A stretch of DNA of 64,000 nucleotides. Source: an uncultured Candidatus Saccharibacteria bacterium. GTDB lineage: Bacteria > Patescibacteriota > Minisyncoccia > Phycocordibacterales > JAKFXT01. The DNA lies in the NCBI GenBank assembly GCA_964385825.1, contig CAYLPX010000001.1:8124-72123 (forward strand), given 5' to 3'. The notes beneath the pieces are model-generated. The model saw only the letters and a program-made list of their open reading frames with translations, made no database searches and was not told where the DNA came from. How positions within the stretch are numbered: position 1 is the stretch's first letter; every line of letters starts with the position of its first letter. Shown piece by piece: positions 8,975 to 19,784 of the stretch. The translations under genes were made by a program, and so were the position numbers.

Positions 8975-11900
8975 ATGGAGAAAAAGTATTTCGGGCGCTT
9001 TAAAAAGCCGCTCACCACGCTTCCGAATCTTGTAGAGCCTCAGGTACTGTCATATAAATGGATGGTAGAAGAGGGACTCAAAGAAATTTTCAAAGAATTC
9101 TCTCCTATAAAAGACTACTCTGACAAAAAGTTTATGTTGGAGTTCGTTAGCTTTGAGCTAGGGACACCAAAGTATGATGAGCACTACGCGAAAGCCAACA
9201 AGCTCTCCTACGAGGCACCACTTCGCACTATCGTGCGTCTCACTAACAAGAGCATTAACTCCAAGAAAGAGCAGGAAATCTTCATGGTTGATTTCCCACT
9301 CATGACTGATCACGGAACATTCGTTATTAATGGTGTTGAGCGTGTTATTGTGCCACAGCTTGCTCGTTCTTTCGGTGTGCTCTTCACGCTTGAAGAAGTA
9401 AAGGGGCGTGGTTACTTTGGTGCTCGTGTTATTCCTTCTCGCGGCGCATGGATTGAGTTTGAATCAGATCCAGATGGTGCTATGTATGTACGTATCGATC
9501 GTAAGCGCAAGTTCCCAGTAACCTCACTCCTTCGTGTTATGGGAGCTGAAACAGATTCTGATATTTTGGCTTTGGCTCAAGGGGATGAGCATTTCAAGAA
9601 AGTGCTTGAACTCACTCTTGCTAAGGATACTGCTAAGACAAAGTCAGATTCATATATTGAAATCTACAAACGCATGCGTGATGGAGATTTGGCTACTGCG
9701 GACAATGCGCGTGATTTCGTAAATTCTATTTTTGAAACTGAACGCTACGATATTTCACCAGTTGGCCGTTTCCGTTTTAACAAGCGTTTTAACTTAGGGC
9801 TTGATGAAAAAACACTCGCTATCCGCACACTTAATCTTACTGACATTTCACTTATCACTAAGCATGTAGTAGAGCTCAACAACACTCCTGGTGCGCTTCC
9901 TGATGATATTGATCACCTAGGAAGCCGCCGTGTTCGTTTTGTGGGAGAAATGCTTCAACAGAAAATGCGTGTTGGTATGGCTCGTATGAAGCGCAACATC
10001 CAGGACCGCATGTCTACTATTGATGCAACTTCAACTTTACCTATTCAGTTCATCAACCCTCGTCCATTTCAAGCGTCAGTGAAAGAATTCTTCACTACGA
10101 ACCAGCTCTCACAGTTTATGGCGCAGGAAAATATCTTGCAGGAGCTCGAACATCTCCGCACACTTTCAGCCCTCGGTCCCGGTGGACTTACTCGTGAGCG
10201 TGCAGGTTTTGAAGTGCGTGATGTGCACCCTAGTCACTACGGACGTCTCTGTCCTATTCATACACCAGAAGGACCAAACATTGGTCTTATTCTTCGTCTT
10301 GCAACCTATGCTCGTATTAATGATTTCGGAATGATTGAAACTCCATACGCTAAAGTAGTGAATGGAAAAATCACCAAAGAAATCCTCTACCTTAATGCGC
10401 TTGAAGAGGAGAAGTACAACATCGCTCATGCCGCAACACCATATGACGATGATGGCGCTATTACCGTTGAAAGCGTAGAAGTTCGTAAAGAGGGAAGTCC
10501 ATCTATTGTGCCAAAGAAAGATGTGCACTTTATTGATGTAGCACCGGATCAAGCTTTCTCTATTGCGACATCCATGATCCCATTCCTTGATCACGATGAT
10601 GCTAACCGTGCGCTCATGGGAAGTAACATGCAGAAGCAAGCAACGCCTTGTATTATCCCGGAAGCTCCACTTGTAGCTACTGGTATTGAAGAAGCTGCAG
10701 CACGAGACACTGGACGTCTTATTCTCGCTAAAGAAGAAGGAGAAGTTATCGCCTCTGATGCTCGTAAGATTGTCGTTGAAGGTAAGAAGGGTAAGACAGA
10801 ATACCCACTCGTAAACTTTGTTCGTACTAATGGATTTACAGCTTTTCATCAGCGCCCTGTCGTGAACGTGGGAGATAAAGTTAAGCGCGGTGATCTCCTT
10901 GCTGATACGTCTACCTCAGATAAGGGTCAGATGGCTATTGGTCAGAATACGCTTGTTGCCTTCATGAGTTGGTCAGGAAACAACTATGAAGACGCTATTA
11001 TTCTCTCAGAGCGTCTCGTAAAGAATAGTAAGTTTACTTCTATTCACATTGAAGAGTTCGAAGTTTCTGTTCGTGATACTAAGCTTGGACCTGAAGTTAC
11101 CACACATGACATACCAAACGTATCAGAAGGAAAGCTTAAGAACTTGGATGAAGACGGTATCATCCGCATTGGAGCAGAGGTGCGACCAGGAGATATTCTT
11201 GTTGGAAAGATTACTCCAAAGGGAGAAACTCAATTAACTCCTGAAGAGCGACTACTTCGTTCTATCTTTGGAGACAAGGCACGTGACGTGAAGGATACTT
11301 CACTCCGCATGGAGAACGGTAAGCGTGGACGCATTATTGGAGTGAAGGTATTTTCTCGCGAGAAGGGCGACAACCTTGATTCAGGAATCATTAAGAAAAT
11401 TTATATTGAAATAGCTCAGCTTCGTAACATCTCAGTTGGTGACAAGCTTGCAGGTCGCCACGGTAACAAGGGAGTTATCTCTCGCATCTTGCCAGTTGAA
11501 GACATGCCATACACTAAGGACGGTACACCGATTGATATGATCCTAACCCCACTTGGAGTACCGAGCCGTATGAACTTGGGACAAATCCTTGAAATGCACT
11601 TGGGTCTTGCAGCTAACACACTTGATTATCAAGCCATTGTGCCGCCATTCATGGGAGCAACTGATGTTGAAATCAAAGAAGAGCTTAAGAAAGCTGGATA
11701 CCCTGAGAACGGTAAGATTCCACTTTATGATGGACGATCGGGAGAGAAATTTGGACAGGATATCGCTGTTGGATATATGTATATCTTGAAACTGCATCAC
11801 ATGGTGGAAGACAAGATCCATATGCGTTCAATTGGTCCCTACTCGCTCATTACTCAGCAACCACTTGGTGGAAAGGCTCAGAGTGGAGGTCAGCGCTTCG

Positions 11901-12151
11901 GAGAAATGGAGGTGTGGGCACTGCTTGGATATGGAGCGGCACATACGCTTCGTGAAATCCTTACTATTAAGTCAGATGATATTGTCGGACGCTCTGCTGC
12001 CTTTGACGCTATAGTGAAGGGCGCGCGTATTAATCAGCCAAATATTCCTGCATCATTCAATGTGCTTCTAAGTAACCTTAAGGGTCTTGCTCTTAATGTT
12101 GACTTAACCCACAAGAAGTTGGGAGCAGGGGATGAGGAGTTTACTAACTAA
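8975..12151 (+). CDS. rpoB: DNA-directed RNA polymerase subunit beta (short, 1058 aa)
   Basis: Conserved N-terminus (LPNLVEPQVLSYKW), motifs NMQKQA, GDKLAGRHGNKGVISRILP. Confidence 0.95.
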   Translation: MEKKYFGRFKKPLTTLPNLVEPQVLSYKWMVEEGLKEIFKEFSPIKDYSDKKFMLEFVSFELGTPKYDEHYAKANKLSYEAPLRTIVRLTNKSINSKKEQEIFMVDFPLMTDHGTFVINGVERVIVPQLARSFGVLFTLEEVKGRGYFGARVIPSRGAWIEFESDPDGAMYVRIDRKRKFPVTSLLRVMGAETDSDILALAQGDEHFKKVLELTLAKDTAKTKSDSYIEIYKRMRDGDLATADNARDFVNSIFETERYDISPVGRFRFNKRFNLGLDEKTLAIRTLNLTDISLITKHVVELNNTPGALPDDIDHLGSRRVRFVGEMLQQKMRVGMARMKRNIQDRMSTIDATSTLPIQFINPRPFQASVKEFFTTNQLSQFMAQENILQELEHLRTLSALGPGGLTRERAGFEVRDVHPSHYGRLCPIHTPEGPNIGLILRLATYARINDFGMIETPYAKVVNGKITKEILYLNALEEEKYNIAHAATPYDDDGAITVESVEVRKEGSPSIVPKKDVHFIDVAPDQAFSIATSMIPFLDHDDANRALMGSNMQKQATPCIIPEAPLVATGIEEAAARDTGRLILAKEEGEVIASDARKIVVEGKKGKTEYPLVNFVRTNGFTAFHQRPVVNVGDKVKRGDLLADTSTSDKGQMAIGQNTLVAFMSWSGNNYEDAIILSERLVKNSKFTSIHIEEFEVSVRDTKLGPEVTTHDIPNVSEGKLKNLDEDGIIRIGAEVRPGDILVGKITPKGETQLTPEERLLRSIFGDKARDVKDTSLRMENGKRGRIIGVKVFSREKGDNLDSGIIKKIYIEIAQLRNISVGDKLAGRHGNKGVISRILPVEDMPYTKDGTPIDMILTPLGVPSRMNLGQILEMHLGLAANTLDYQAIVPPFMGATDVEIKEELKKAGYPENGKIPLYDGRSGEKFGQDIAVGYMYILKLHHMVEDKIHMRSIGPYSLITQQPLGGKAQSGGQRFGEMEVWALLGYGAAHTLREILTIKSDDIVGRSAAFDAIVKGARINQPNIPASFNVLLSNLKGLALNVDLTHKKLGAGDEEFTN

Positions 12152-12171
12152 GTGTAATCTAAAACAAGTAT

Positions 12172-15100
12172 ATGCAACCTACAAAAAGAGAACAGCAGAA
12201 TGACTTCGACCTTGTGAAGATTACACTTGCGTCGCCTGATATGATCCGTGATTGGTCATTTGGGGAAGTTACCAAACCAGAAACCATTAACTACCGTACA
12301 CAAAGACCAGAAAAGGCCGGTCTTTTCGATGAAAAAATCTTTGGACCAGAGCGAGATTATGAGTGTTACTGTGGAAAGTATCGCGGTATTCGTTACAAGG
12401 GAATCGTTTGTGAGAAGTGTGGAGTAGAGCTTACTCGTTCAATCGTTCGTCGCGAGCGCATGGGACATATCGAGCTTTGCACCCCAGTATCACACGTGTG
12501 GTTTCTTCGTGGTGTACCAAGCCGAATCTCACTGCTTCTTGGTATCGGAGCATCAGACATTGAAAAGGTAGTTTATTTCGCGGGCTATATTGTAACTAAG
12601 GTTATTAATGATGAGCGCGAGCGTATTCTCCGTGACCTTGATACTGAATATAAGAATAAGATAAAGGGTCTTCAGGATGATAAGTCTAAAGAGAAGGTAA
12701 AGGAGCTACTCCTTGCAGCAAAGGCTGATATTGAGGCTATTGCGCTTGGACGTGTGCTTGATGAAGCGACATTTCATCGTTTTTCAGTTCGTTATGGAAC
12801 GATGTTCGAAGCTTCTATTGGTGCTGAAGCCATCTACAATCTCTGTAAGTCTATTAACCTTGAAAAGCTTCGTGTTGAAGTAGCTGCTCTTCTTGAGAAG
12901 TCAGGGGCAGCTGATCGCGAGAAGCTTCAGAAGCGCACTAGCCTTATCCAATCCATGATTCGCTCAGGACTTCGTCCAGAGTGGATGTTCCTCACCCGTC
13001 TTCCAGTTATTCCACCAGCACTTCGTCCGATGGTAGCTCTTGAGGGAGGGCGTCATGCAACAAGTGATCTTAACGATCTCTATCGTCGCGTGATTAACCG
13101 TAACAACCGTTTGAAGAAGCTTAAGGAAATTAATGCACCAGACGTTATCCTTCGTAATGAAAAGCGTATTTTGCAAGAAGCAGTGGATGCGCTCATTGAT
13201 AACTCAATTAAGCATGGAGGGGGATCAGGGGGAGCTATTTCTGCGGCACAACGCCGACCGCTCAAGTCACTTGCTGATAACCTTAAAACTAAACAGGGTC
13301 TTTTCCGTCAGAATCTTTTGGGTAAGCGTGTAGACTATTCTGCTCGTTCAGTGATTGTGGTGGGACCGGATCTTAAGCTTAACCAGTGTGGGCTTCCCAA
13401 GCACATGGCGCTTGAACTTTTTCGCCCATTCGTTATCGCCGGACTCCTCAAGAAAGAACTTGCGTTTAACATTCGTGGAGCCAATCGTCTTATTGACGAA
13501 GGTATTCCAGAAGTGTGGGCTATTCTTGAAGAAGCTATCCATGGAAAGTATGTACTCCTCAACCGTGCGCCAACACTTCACCGTCTCGGTATTCAGGCTT
13601 TCATGCCGATACTCATTGAAGGAAACGCTATTCAGGTGCACCCACTTGTGTGTCCTGCCTTCAATGCTGACTTCGATGGAGACCAGATGGCTGTTCACCT
13701 TCCACTTGGTGAGGAGGCACAGGCAGAGGCTCGTAACTTTATGTCAGCTGACAAAAACATTCTAAAGCCTGGAAACGGTGAGCCGGTAGTTATCACTAAG
13801 CTTCTCGATATTGTGCTTGGTTCATATTGGATGACTAAGATTGTTGAAGGAGAAGCAGGGGAAGGAAAGATTTTTGCAAATCCTAATGCTGCTATTACTG
13901 CAGCTGATTTCGGTGAAGTCTCATTCCATTCAAAGGTGAAGATTCTGCCTACTGATACTCCCAAGTATGCTCAGTTTGAGGGACGCGTATTTGAAACAAC
14001 CGTTGGACGTTTGCTTTTCAATAGCACACTTCCATCGGACTACCCATTCATTAATAAGGAAATAGATCGTAAGAGTATCACGGCTATTATTGATGATCTT
14101 ATTGATCGTTATGGAGTAAATGCGGTACCTGGCATATTGGATAAAATAAAAACTTTCGGCTTCAAGTATGTAACTAATTCAGGTATTACGTGGAGTATTG
14201 ATGATATCCGCGTACCAGATGCTAAGAAGAAACTTATCGAGGATGCTAAGAAGAAATCAGAAGATGTACTTAATGAGTACAATGAAGGATTGCTCTCAGC
14301 TGAAGAAAAGGCTCGTCAGAATATTGAAATCTGGCACGCAGCTAAGAATGATGTTGAAAAGGCTACTCCTGAAGCGCTTGAGAAGAATAGTTCTGTATGG
14401 GACATGTTGAAGAGTGGTGCTCGTGGATCAACCGGAAACCTCGCTCAGATGGCAGGTATGAAGGGGCTTATTCAGAACACTGCGGGAGAAACTATTGAGT
14501 TCCCGATCCTCTCATCCTACAAGGAGGGACTAACTCCACTTGAATACTTCATTACTACTCACGGTGCTCGTAAGGGTCTTTCCGATACCGCGCTTAACAC
14601 TGCGAAAGCGGGGTACCTTACACGACGTCTCTTTGATGTGGCGCAAGATATTGTAATCGGTGAACAGGACTGTGGTGTTAAAGAAGGAGTTATTATCGCT
14701 AAAAAATCAGCATCAGGAATTGAGATTCCTCTTGCTAAGAACATTAAAGGTCGCCACCTTGCTGCTGATGTTGTTGATGCGTCTGGCGCTGTTCTCTTTA
14801 AGCGGGGACACTTCATTCTCCATAAGGATGCTGAGGCTATTGAAAAGGCAGGAGTTGCAGAGGTAAAGGTACGCTCTCCAGTTACTTGTAAGAGTCTCGT
14901 AGGTATTTGTGCTGCTTGTTATGGTACAGACCTTGGAACTGGAGTGCTTGTAAACTTGGGTGAAGCCGTTGGAACGGTAGCTGCTCAAGCTATTGGAGAA
15001 CCTGGAACCCAGCTTACTATGCGTACTTTCCACGCTGGTGGAACTGCGTCAGTTGGTGGAGACATTACTCAAGGTTTGCCACGTGTTGAAGAAGTATTTG

Positions 15101-15852
15101 AACGTCGTGAGCCAAAGAACCCAGCTATTGTTGCAACAGTTGATGGAGAAGTTGTTGAGATTCGCAATGAGGGCAAGGAAAAGATTCTTGTAGTGATGCC
15201 AGAAGTAGAGTCACGTAAGGGTAAGGGTCGCGAGGCTATTGAGTACACGGTTAACTTCCGTCGTATGCCACTTGTTTCTCCTGGAAGTAAGGTAAAGAAG
15301 GGAGACCTTCTAACCGATGGATCAGCTGATATCTCAGACCTCTTTAAATATGGAGGACGTGAGCGAGCAGAGGATTACATTATTCAGGAAATTACGAAGA
15401 TTTATGAATTGCAGGGTGCTTCCATTTCACGTAAGCATATTGAGGTTATCATTCGTCAGATGTTCTCACGACGCAAGGTAAAGAGCCGAGGGGATACAAC
15501 CTTTGTAGTTGGAGATATTGTAAGTGAAGGAACACTTCAGATGGAAAATAATCGTGTGAAGGAAACTGGCGGTGAAGAGGCTAAGGTAGAACCTATGGTG
15601 ATGGGTATTCAAGAAGTATCCCTTACTCGTGAAAGCTTCCTTTCTGCGGCTTCATTCCAGCATACAACCAAAATCCTTATTGGTGCATCCGTGAAGGGAA
15701 GTGTGGATGATCTACGCGGACTTAAGGAAAACGTTATTATCGGACGCCTTATTCCTGCTGGATCTGGATTCAAGGGATCTCCCAAGCATGCATTAGTAGC
15801 AGAAGTAGCTAAAGAAGCCGACCGAGCTCATCAACCTGTAGATATTCTTTAG
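12172..15852 (+). CDS. rpoC: DNA-directed RNA polymerase subunit beta'
   Basis: 1226 aa; zinc-binding CYCGKYRG...CEKCG, catalytic NADFDGDQMAVH. Confidence 0.95.
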   Translation: MQPTKREQQNDFDLVKITLASPDMIRDWSFGEVTKPETINYRTQRPEKAGLFDEKIFGPERDYECYCGKYRGIRYKGIVCEKCGVELTRSIVRRERMGHIELCTPVSHVWFLRGVPSRISLLLGIGASDIEKVVYFAGYIVTKVINDERERILRDLDTEYKNKIKGLQDDKSKEKVKELLLAAKADIEAIALGRVLDEATFHRFSVRYGTMFEASIGAEAIYNLCKSINLEKLRVEVAALLEKSGAADREKLQKRTSLIQSMIRSGLRPEWMFLTRLPVIPPALRPMVALEGGRHATSDLNDLYRRVINRNNRLKKLKEINAPDVILRNEKRILQEAVDALIDNSIKHGGGSGGAISAAQRRPLKSLADNLKTKQGLFRQNLLGKRVDYSARSVIVVGPDLKLNQCGLPKHMALELFRPFVIAGLLKKELAFNIRGANRLIDEGIPEVWAILEEAIHGKYVLLNRAPTLHRLGIQAFMPILIEGNAIQVHPLVCPAFNADFDGDQMAVHLPLGEEAQAEARNFMSADKNILKPGNGEPVVITKLLDIVLGSYWMTKIVEGEAGEGKIFANPNAAITAADFGEVSFHSKVKILPTDTPKYAQFEGRVFETTVGRLLFNSTLPSDYPFINKEIDRKSITAIIDDLIDRYGVNAVPGILDKIKTFGFKYVTNSGITWSIDDIRVPDAKKKLIEDAKKKSEDVLNEYNEGLLSAEEKARQNIEIWHAAKNDVEKATPEALEKNSSVWDMLKSGARGSTGNLAQMAGMKGLIQNTAGETIEFPILSSYKEGLTPLEYFITTHGARKGLSDTALNTAKAGYLTRRLFDVAQDIVIGEQDCGVKEGVIIAKKSASGIEIPLAKNIKGRHLAADVVDASGAVLFKRGHFILHKDAEAIEKAGVAEVKVRSPVTCKSLVGICAACYGTDLGTGVLVNLGEAVGTVAAQAIGEPGTQLTMRTFHAGGTASVGGDITQGLPRVEEVFERREPKNPAIVATVDGEVVEIRNEGKEKILVVMPEVESRKGKGREAIEYTVNFRRMPLVSPGSKVKKGDLLTDGSADISDLFKYGGRERAEDYIIQEITKIYELQGASISRKHIEVIIRQMFSRRKVKSRGDTTFVVGDIVSEGTLQMENNRVKETGGEEAKVEPMVMGIQEVSLTRESFLSAASFQHTTKILIGASVKGSVDDLRGLKENVIIGRLIPAGSGFKGSPKHALVAEVAKEADRAHQPVDIL

Positions 15853-15873
15853 TTTGGTTTTAACCAACAAAGT

Positions 15874-17616
15874 GTGTCAACAACAACCGATACCATCAAA
15901 GAACGTCTCGGCATTGCAGATGTCGTAGGTTCTTACATAAAGATTGAAAACGCGGGGATTAACTTTAAAGCGCGCTGTCCTTTTCATAATGAAAAGACAC
16001 CTTCGTTTTTCATTTCCCCCTTGCGTAATACTTTTTATTGTTTTGGCTGTGGAGCTAAGGGTGACATCTTTGAGTTCGTACAGCGCTTCGAGGGACTAGA
16101 CTTTAGCGGCGCCCTTAAGGTGCTAGCAGAGAGGGCAGGTGTAGCGCTGACGTTTGAAAAATCAGATGAGAAGGATGAGAAGAAGGAACTTTTCGTTATT
16201 CTTGAAGAGGCAGCAAACTACTATAGATCAAATCTTAGGGAACACCCCGAAGTACTGAAGTACCTAACAGATCGAGGTCTAACCGCAGAAACCATTGAAA
16301 AGTTCGGACTTGGTTATGCGAAGGCTTCCTGGCGAGCACTTTCTGAGTATTTGGTAAGTCGCAATATGAGCCCAGCTCTTATTGAGAAGGCGGGACTTAT
16401 CAAGATGGGACCAAAAGGTGCTTATGATAGGTTTCGTGGCCGCATCATGTTTCCGCTCTTTGATAGTAGTGGCAGAGTTGTAGCTTTCTCGGGACGTATC
16501 TTTGATGAAAGTTTGGAAGGCGAGGGGAGTACACCGGCTAAGTATGTAAATAGTCCAGAAACTCCGCTTTACCATAAGTCGAGTCTCTTGTATGGCTTTG
16601 ATAAGGCTAAAGAGGGGATTCGTAAATGGACTTTTGCCATTATTGTAGAAGGTCAGATGGATCTCCTTATGAGCCATCAGGCTGGATTTACCAACACCGT
16701 AGCGCTCTCCGGTACTGCACTCACCAAAGAACAGCTAACACTTCTCAGTCGTCTCACCGAGCGCCTCGTACTTTCACTTGATGCCGATACAGCAGGACTT
16801 ACTGCGTCCGGTAAAAGTGCAAGTTTGGCCCTTCGTGAGGGCATAGACGTTAAGGTAGCGCATATAGTGGGTGGTAAAGACCCAGCCGATATTGTGAAGG
16901 AAAGCCCTGAGCATTGGAAGGAAATAATTCGTGGCGCTAAGCATGTGGTGGAGTTCTATCTTGATGTACTAGGTGAGCGAGAAAGTGATAAGCGAAAGTT
17001 TCGTATGGCGGTGACGAGTAGCGTGCTCCCCTATGTTGCAGAGATAAAGAGCTCAGTAGATCGAGAACATTTTTTGCAGGTAGTGGCTGAGCGTCTCGGT
17101 GTTCCGCGAGGAGCACTGCTTGAAGAGATGAAAAACTTACCGAAAGATATAGTTAGTTCAGTAAAAGCCGAAGAAAAGAAGCAGGTTGGGGGAACAACCT
17201 TCCTCACGCGAAAGGACATGATAGCAAGCCACTTGCTGGGTTTTCTAGAGAGTAGAAAAGAGAGTAAGGAAATTGATAAGGAAAAGGTTTTACTTGAAGT
17301 AAGGGGTTTACTCGGGGATGAGGTGGTAGATCGATTCTATGGATCACTCGCAGTAACCGAGGCTTCGTTTAAGGCCGATATGATGATAGACCCGAGACCG
17401 GGAGGCGAAGTACTTTCAGAATTACTTTCTGAACTGCGGCTTGAAGTAAAAAGGGAAAAAGCCAAAAATATTCAACAAACAATAGGCGAATATGAGAGCG
17501 AGGGAGACAAGGAGGCACTAGAGGGTGCCATGAAGGAATACCAAATCTTAAGTAAGGACATAGCGAAGTTAGAAGATGAACTGAAAAAAACTAATCACGA
17601 GTTACCAAAAACATAA
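15874..17616 (+). CDS. dnaG: DNA primase (GTG start)
   Basis: Zinc finger CPFHNEKTPSF...CFGCG, TOPRIM region (AIIVEGQMDLL...LDADTAG); 22-nt gap after rpoC. Confidence 0.9.
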   Translation: MSTTTDTIKERLGIADVVGSYIKIENAGINFKARCPFHNEKTPSFFISPLRNTFYCFGCGAKGDIFEFVQRFEGLDFSGALKVLAERAGVALTFEKSDEKDEKKELFVILEEAANYYRSNLREHPEVLKYLTDRGLTAETIEKFGLGYAKASWRALSEYLVSRNMSPALIEKAGLIKMGPKGAYDRFRGRIMFPLFDSSGRVVAFSGRIFDESLEGEGSTPAKYVNSPETPLYHKSSLLYGFDKAKEGIRKWTFAIIVEGQMDLLMSHQAGFTNTVALSGTALTKEQLTLLSRLTERLVLSLDADTAGLTASGKSASLALREGIDVKVAHIVGGKDPADIVKESPEHWKEIIRGAKHVVEFYLDVLGERESDKRKFRMAVTSSVLPYVAEIKSSVDREHFLQVVAERLGVPRGALLEEMKNLPKDIVSSVKAEEKKQVGGTTFLTRKDMIASHLLGFLESRKESKEIDKEKVLLEVRGLLGDEVVDRFYGSLAVTEASFKADMMIDPRPGGEVLSELLSELRLEVKREKAKNIQQTIGEYESEGDKEALEGAMKEYQILSKDIAKLEDELKKTNHELPKT

Positions 17617-17662
17617 CATAAAGAGCTTTTAAAATTATAAAAAGTAACTTACTATACACACT

Positions 17663-18976
17663 ATGCCCAAAAAAGTCGCTAAAGGAGCTAAGAAAAAAAC
17701 AATATTAAAGAAGGGGAAAAAAACTCCCTCTAAAACAACCAAAAAGGTTGCTAAGACTAAGGCTAAAAAGCCTACTAAGTCACTTTTCAAAAAACTTAAA
17801 AAGGCGAATGTTAAAAAAGTACTCGCCAAAAAGCCAGCTGCGAAAAAGGCGGCTACAAAACCAGCGAAAGTGGTTGCAGTGAAGCTTGGTAAAAAAGAAC
17901 AGGAACTTCAGAAGAAGTCAGATATTTTGATTGCAAAGGGACGCGAGCGCGGTTTCGTCACCTATGATGAAATCCTCAAGGAGTTTCCAACTATTGAAGA
18001 AAATATTTCTTACCTTGATGTACTCTACGAGAAGTTCCAGACTGCAGGTATTGACGTGCTTGAAGGGGGAGGGATGCTCAATATTGAACCAGCGCCAGAC
18101 GAACACAAGCGTTACAGTTACAAAAGTGGTTCCTCATCTGATACCTACGACTCTATCCAAATGTATCTTAAGGAAATTGGACAGTACCCACTGCTTAATG
18201 CTGCAGAAGAGCGCGAACTTGCAAAGCGTATTGTGGAGGAGGATATAGAAGCTAAGAACCTCCTTGCTCGTGCAAACCTTCGTCTTGTGGTGTCTATTGC
18301 CAAAAAATATGTAGGACGGAGTCCCGACCTTACCCTCCTTGATCTTATACAAGAAGGGAACCTTGGACTCTTTAAGGCGGTAGATAAGTTCGACTACACT
18401 AAGGGATTTAAGTTTTCTACCTATGCTACTTGGTGGATTCGTCAGGCTATTACGCGTGCGCTTGCTGACCAGAGTCGCACCATCCGTATTCCAGTGCACA
18501 TGGTAGAAACTATCGCTAAGTACAAGCAAGTAGTGCGTCGTCTCTCACAAGACTTGGGACGAGACCCATTGCCAGAAGAAATCGCTGTTGAAATGGGAGT
18601 TGAGGTAGATAAGATCTATACGATTGAACAAATCAATCAAGATACTGTTTCGCTTGAAGCGCCAGTAGGAAGTGAAGATGATGATGGGCGTTCAGTACTC
18701 GGCGACTTTATCGCGGATGATAAGATCATTTCGCCAGATCAGGAAACTTCACAGCGCATTTTGGCTGATCAAGTCAAAGAAATATTAGATGATCTCTCAC
18801 CAAAGGAGCGCAAGATTCTAGAAATGCGTAACGGGCTTATGGACGGCATTACCCACACCCTTGAAGAAGTGGGACGTGAGTTCGGAGTAACGCGCGAGCG
18901 TATCCGTCAGATCGAGGCAAAGGCGCATCAAAAGATTCGCGAACACCAGAAATCAAACAGACTTCAAAACTATTAG
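17663..18976 (+). CDS. rpoD: RNA polymerase sigma-70 factor RpoD with about 85-aa Lys/Ala-rich histone-H1-like N-terminal extension
   Basis: Region 2 [55 protein letters not shown]; region 4 HTH at C-terminus; N-term [35 protein letters not shown]... Confidence 0.9.
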   Translation: MPKKVAKGAKKKTILKKGKKTPSKTTKKVAKTKAKKPTKSLFKKLKKANVKKVLAKKPAAKKAATKPAKVVAVKLGKKEQELQKKSDILIAKGRERGFVTYDEILKEFPTIEENISYLDVLYEKFQTAGIDVLEGGGMLNIEPAPDEHKRYSYKSGSSSDTYDSIQMYLKEIGQYPLLNAAEERELAKRIVEEDIEAKNLLARANLRLVVSIAKKYVGRSPDLTLLDLIQEGNLGLFKAVDKFDYTKGFKFSTYATWWIRQAITRALADQSRTIRIPVHMVETIAKYKQVVRRLSQDLGRDPLPEEIAVEMGVEVDKIYTIEQINQDTVSLEAPVGSEDDDGRSVLGDFIADDKIISPDQETSQRILADQVKEILDDLSPKERKILEMRNGLMDGITHTLEEVGREFGVTRERIRQIEAKAHQKIREHQKSNRLQNY

Positions 18977-19022
18977 TTTTGAAGTGAGTAAAGAGTGGTG
19001 AGTATAGAGTAAAGATGGGGAA

Positions 19023-19062
19023 GAAAATAAAAATACTACGATATATCGTAGTATTTTTATTT
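19023..19062. terminator. bidirectional terminator (perfect 40-nt AT-rich palindrome)
   Basis: aaaataaaaatactacgatatatcgtagtatttttatttt between convergent rpoD and 19078 gene. Confidence 0.6.
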
Positions 19063-19077
19063 TCTCCCTAGAAGTTT

Positions 19078-19728
19078 TTATGGTGTATTTTCTATCATAT
19101 AGGCCCAGAGCTCTTTTATGTTTTTTCCCCTATTCCAAAAAATAGTTATTTTTTCGCGCAGCTTTTTATGCTGAGGGTAGCCATTATCCAAAATGCCATC
19201 AGGTAGTAATTCGTTGCATTCAACGTTGAGTAATACAGTGAGTGCTTCATTTAGCATATTATACTTTTCTTCGCCCAAAGTTTCCTTTTGATTTTTACCA
19301 AATGCATGCCATGTATAGAAGTGCCATAATTCATGGAGTATGGGTCTCCGCATACTTTGACTAGGGACGGTAAGGAAAAAATAATCTTCTTTTAGATTAT
19401 AAGGGCGTCTTGAGTTGATAGTTAGGTAGGCAGTAATTGGTCGAGGTAGGGAAGTGTTAAAAATTCTTTCCGCTATTTGCCTGTATTCTAGGGAGACGGT
19501 TTCCCAGTCATCTTTATATTTCTTTATATAAGTTTGGATACCAATATTACTATTTGCTAGATAGGAATCAATAAATTGAGAAGTGTTTTCAGGGGTTGGG
19601 TTTCCAGCAGTTTCTTTTAAGAGGGCTTCGTATTGAGTTGTGATATGTGAAGTATTTTGAGCTCCCTTACCATAGGTAAGGACGCACCAAATGTCTTTTT
19701 CTCGATCATAATCAAAAAGAAGGGTCAT
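19078..19728 (-). CDS. hypothetical protein with HExxH motif (putative zinc metallopeptidase-like, SprT/WLM-like?)
   Basis: HELWHFYTWH motif; start moved to internal ATG at 19728 (MTLLFDYD) because track ORF 19078..19824 overlaps upstream GNAT gene by 40 nt. Confidence 0.5.
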   Translation of the reverse strand: MTLLFDYDREKDIWCVLTYGKGAQNTSHITTQYEALLKETAGNPTPENTSQFIDSYLANSNIGIQTYIKKYKDDWETVSLEYRQIAERIFNTSLPRPITAYLTINSRRPYNLKEDYFFLTVPSQSMRRPILHELWHFYTWHAFGKNQKETLGEEKYNMLNEALTVLLNVECNELLPDGILDNGYPQHKKLREKITIFWNRGKNIKELWAYMIENTP

Positions 19729-19784
19729 TCGAAAAGTATACCAGAAAACAAAAACCGCCGCGGTACTCCGCGGCGGAATGCTTT

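Noticed and set aside
10166-10849. 227-aa minus-strand ORF inside rpoB, plus other short antisense ORFs in rpoB/rpoC
   Set aside because: Antisense shadow ORFs of highly conserved genes; Cys/Ser/Phe-rich junk translation.
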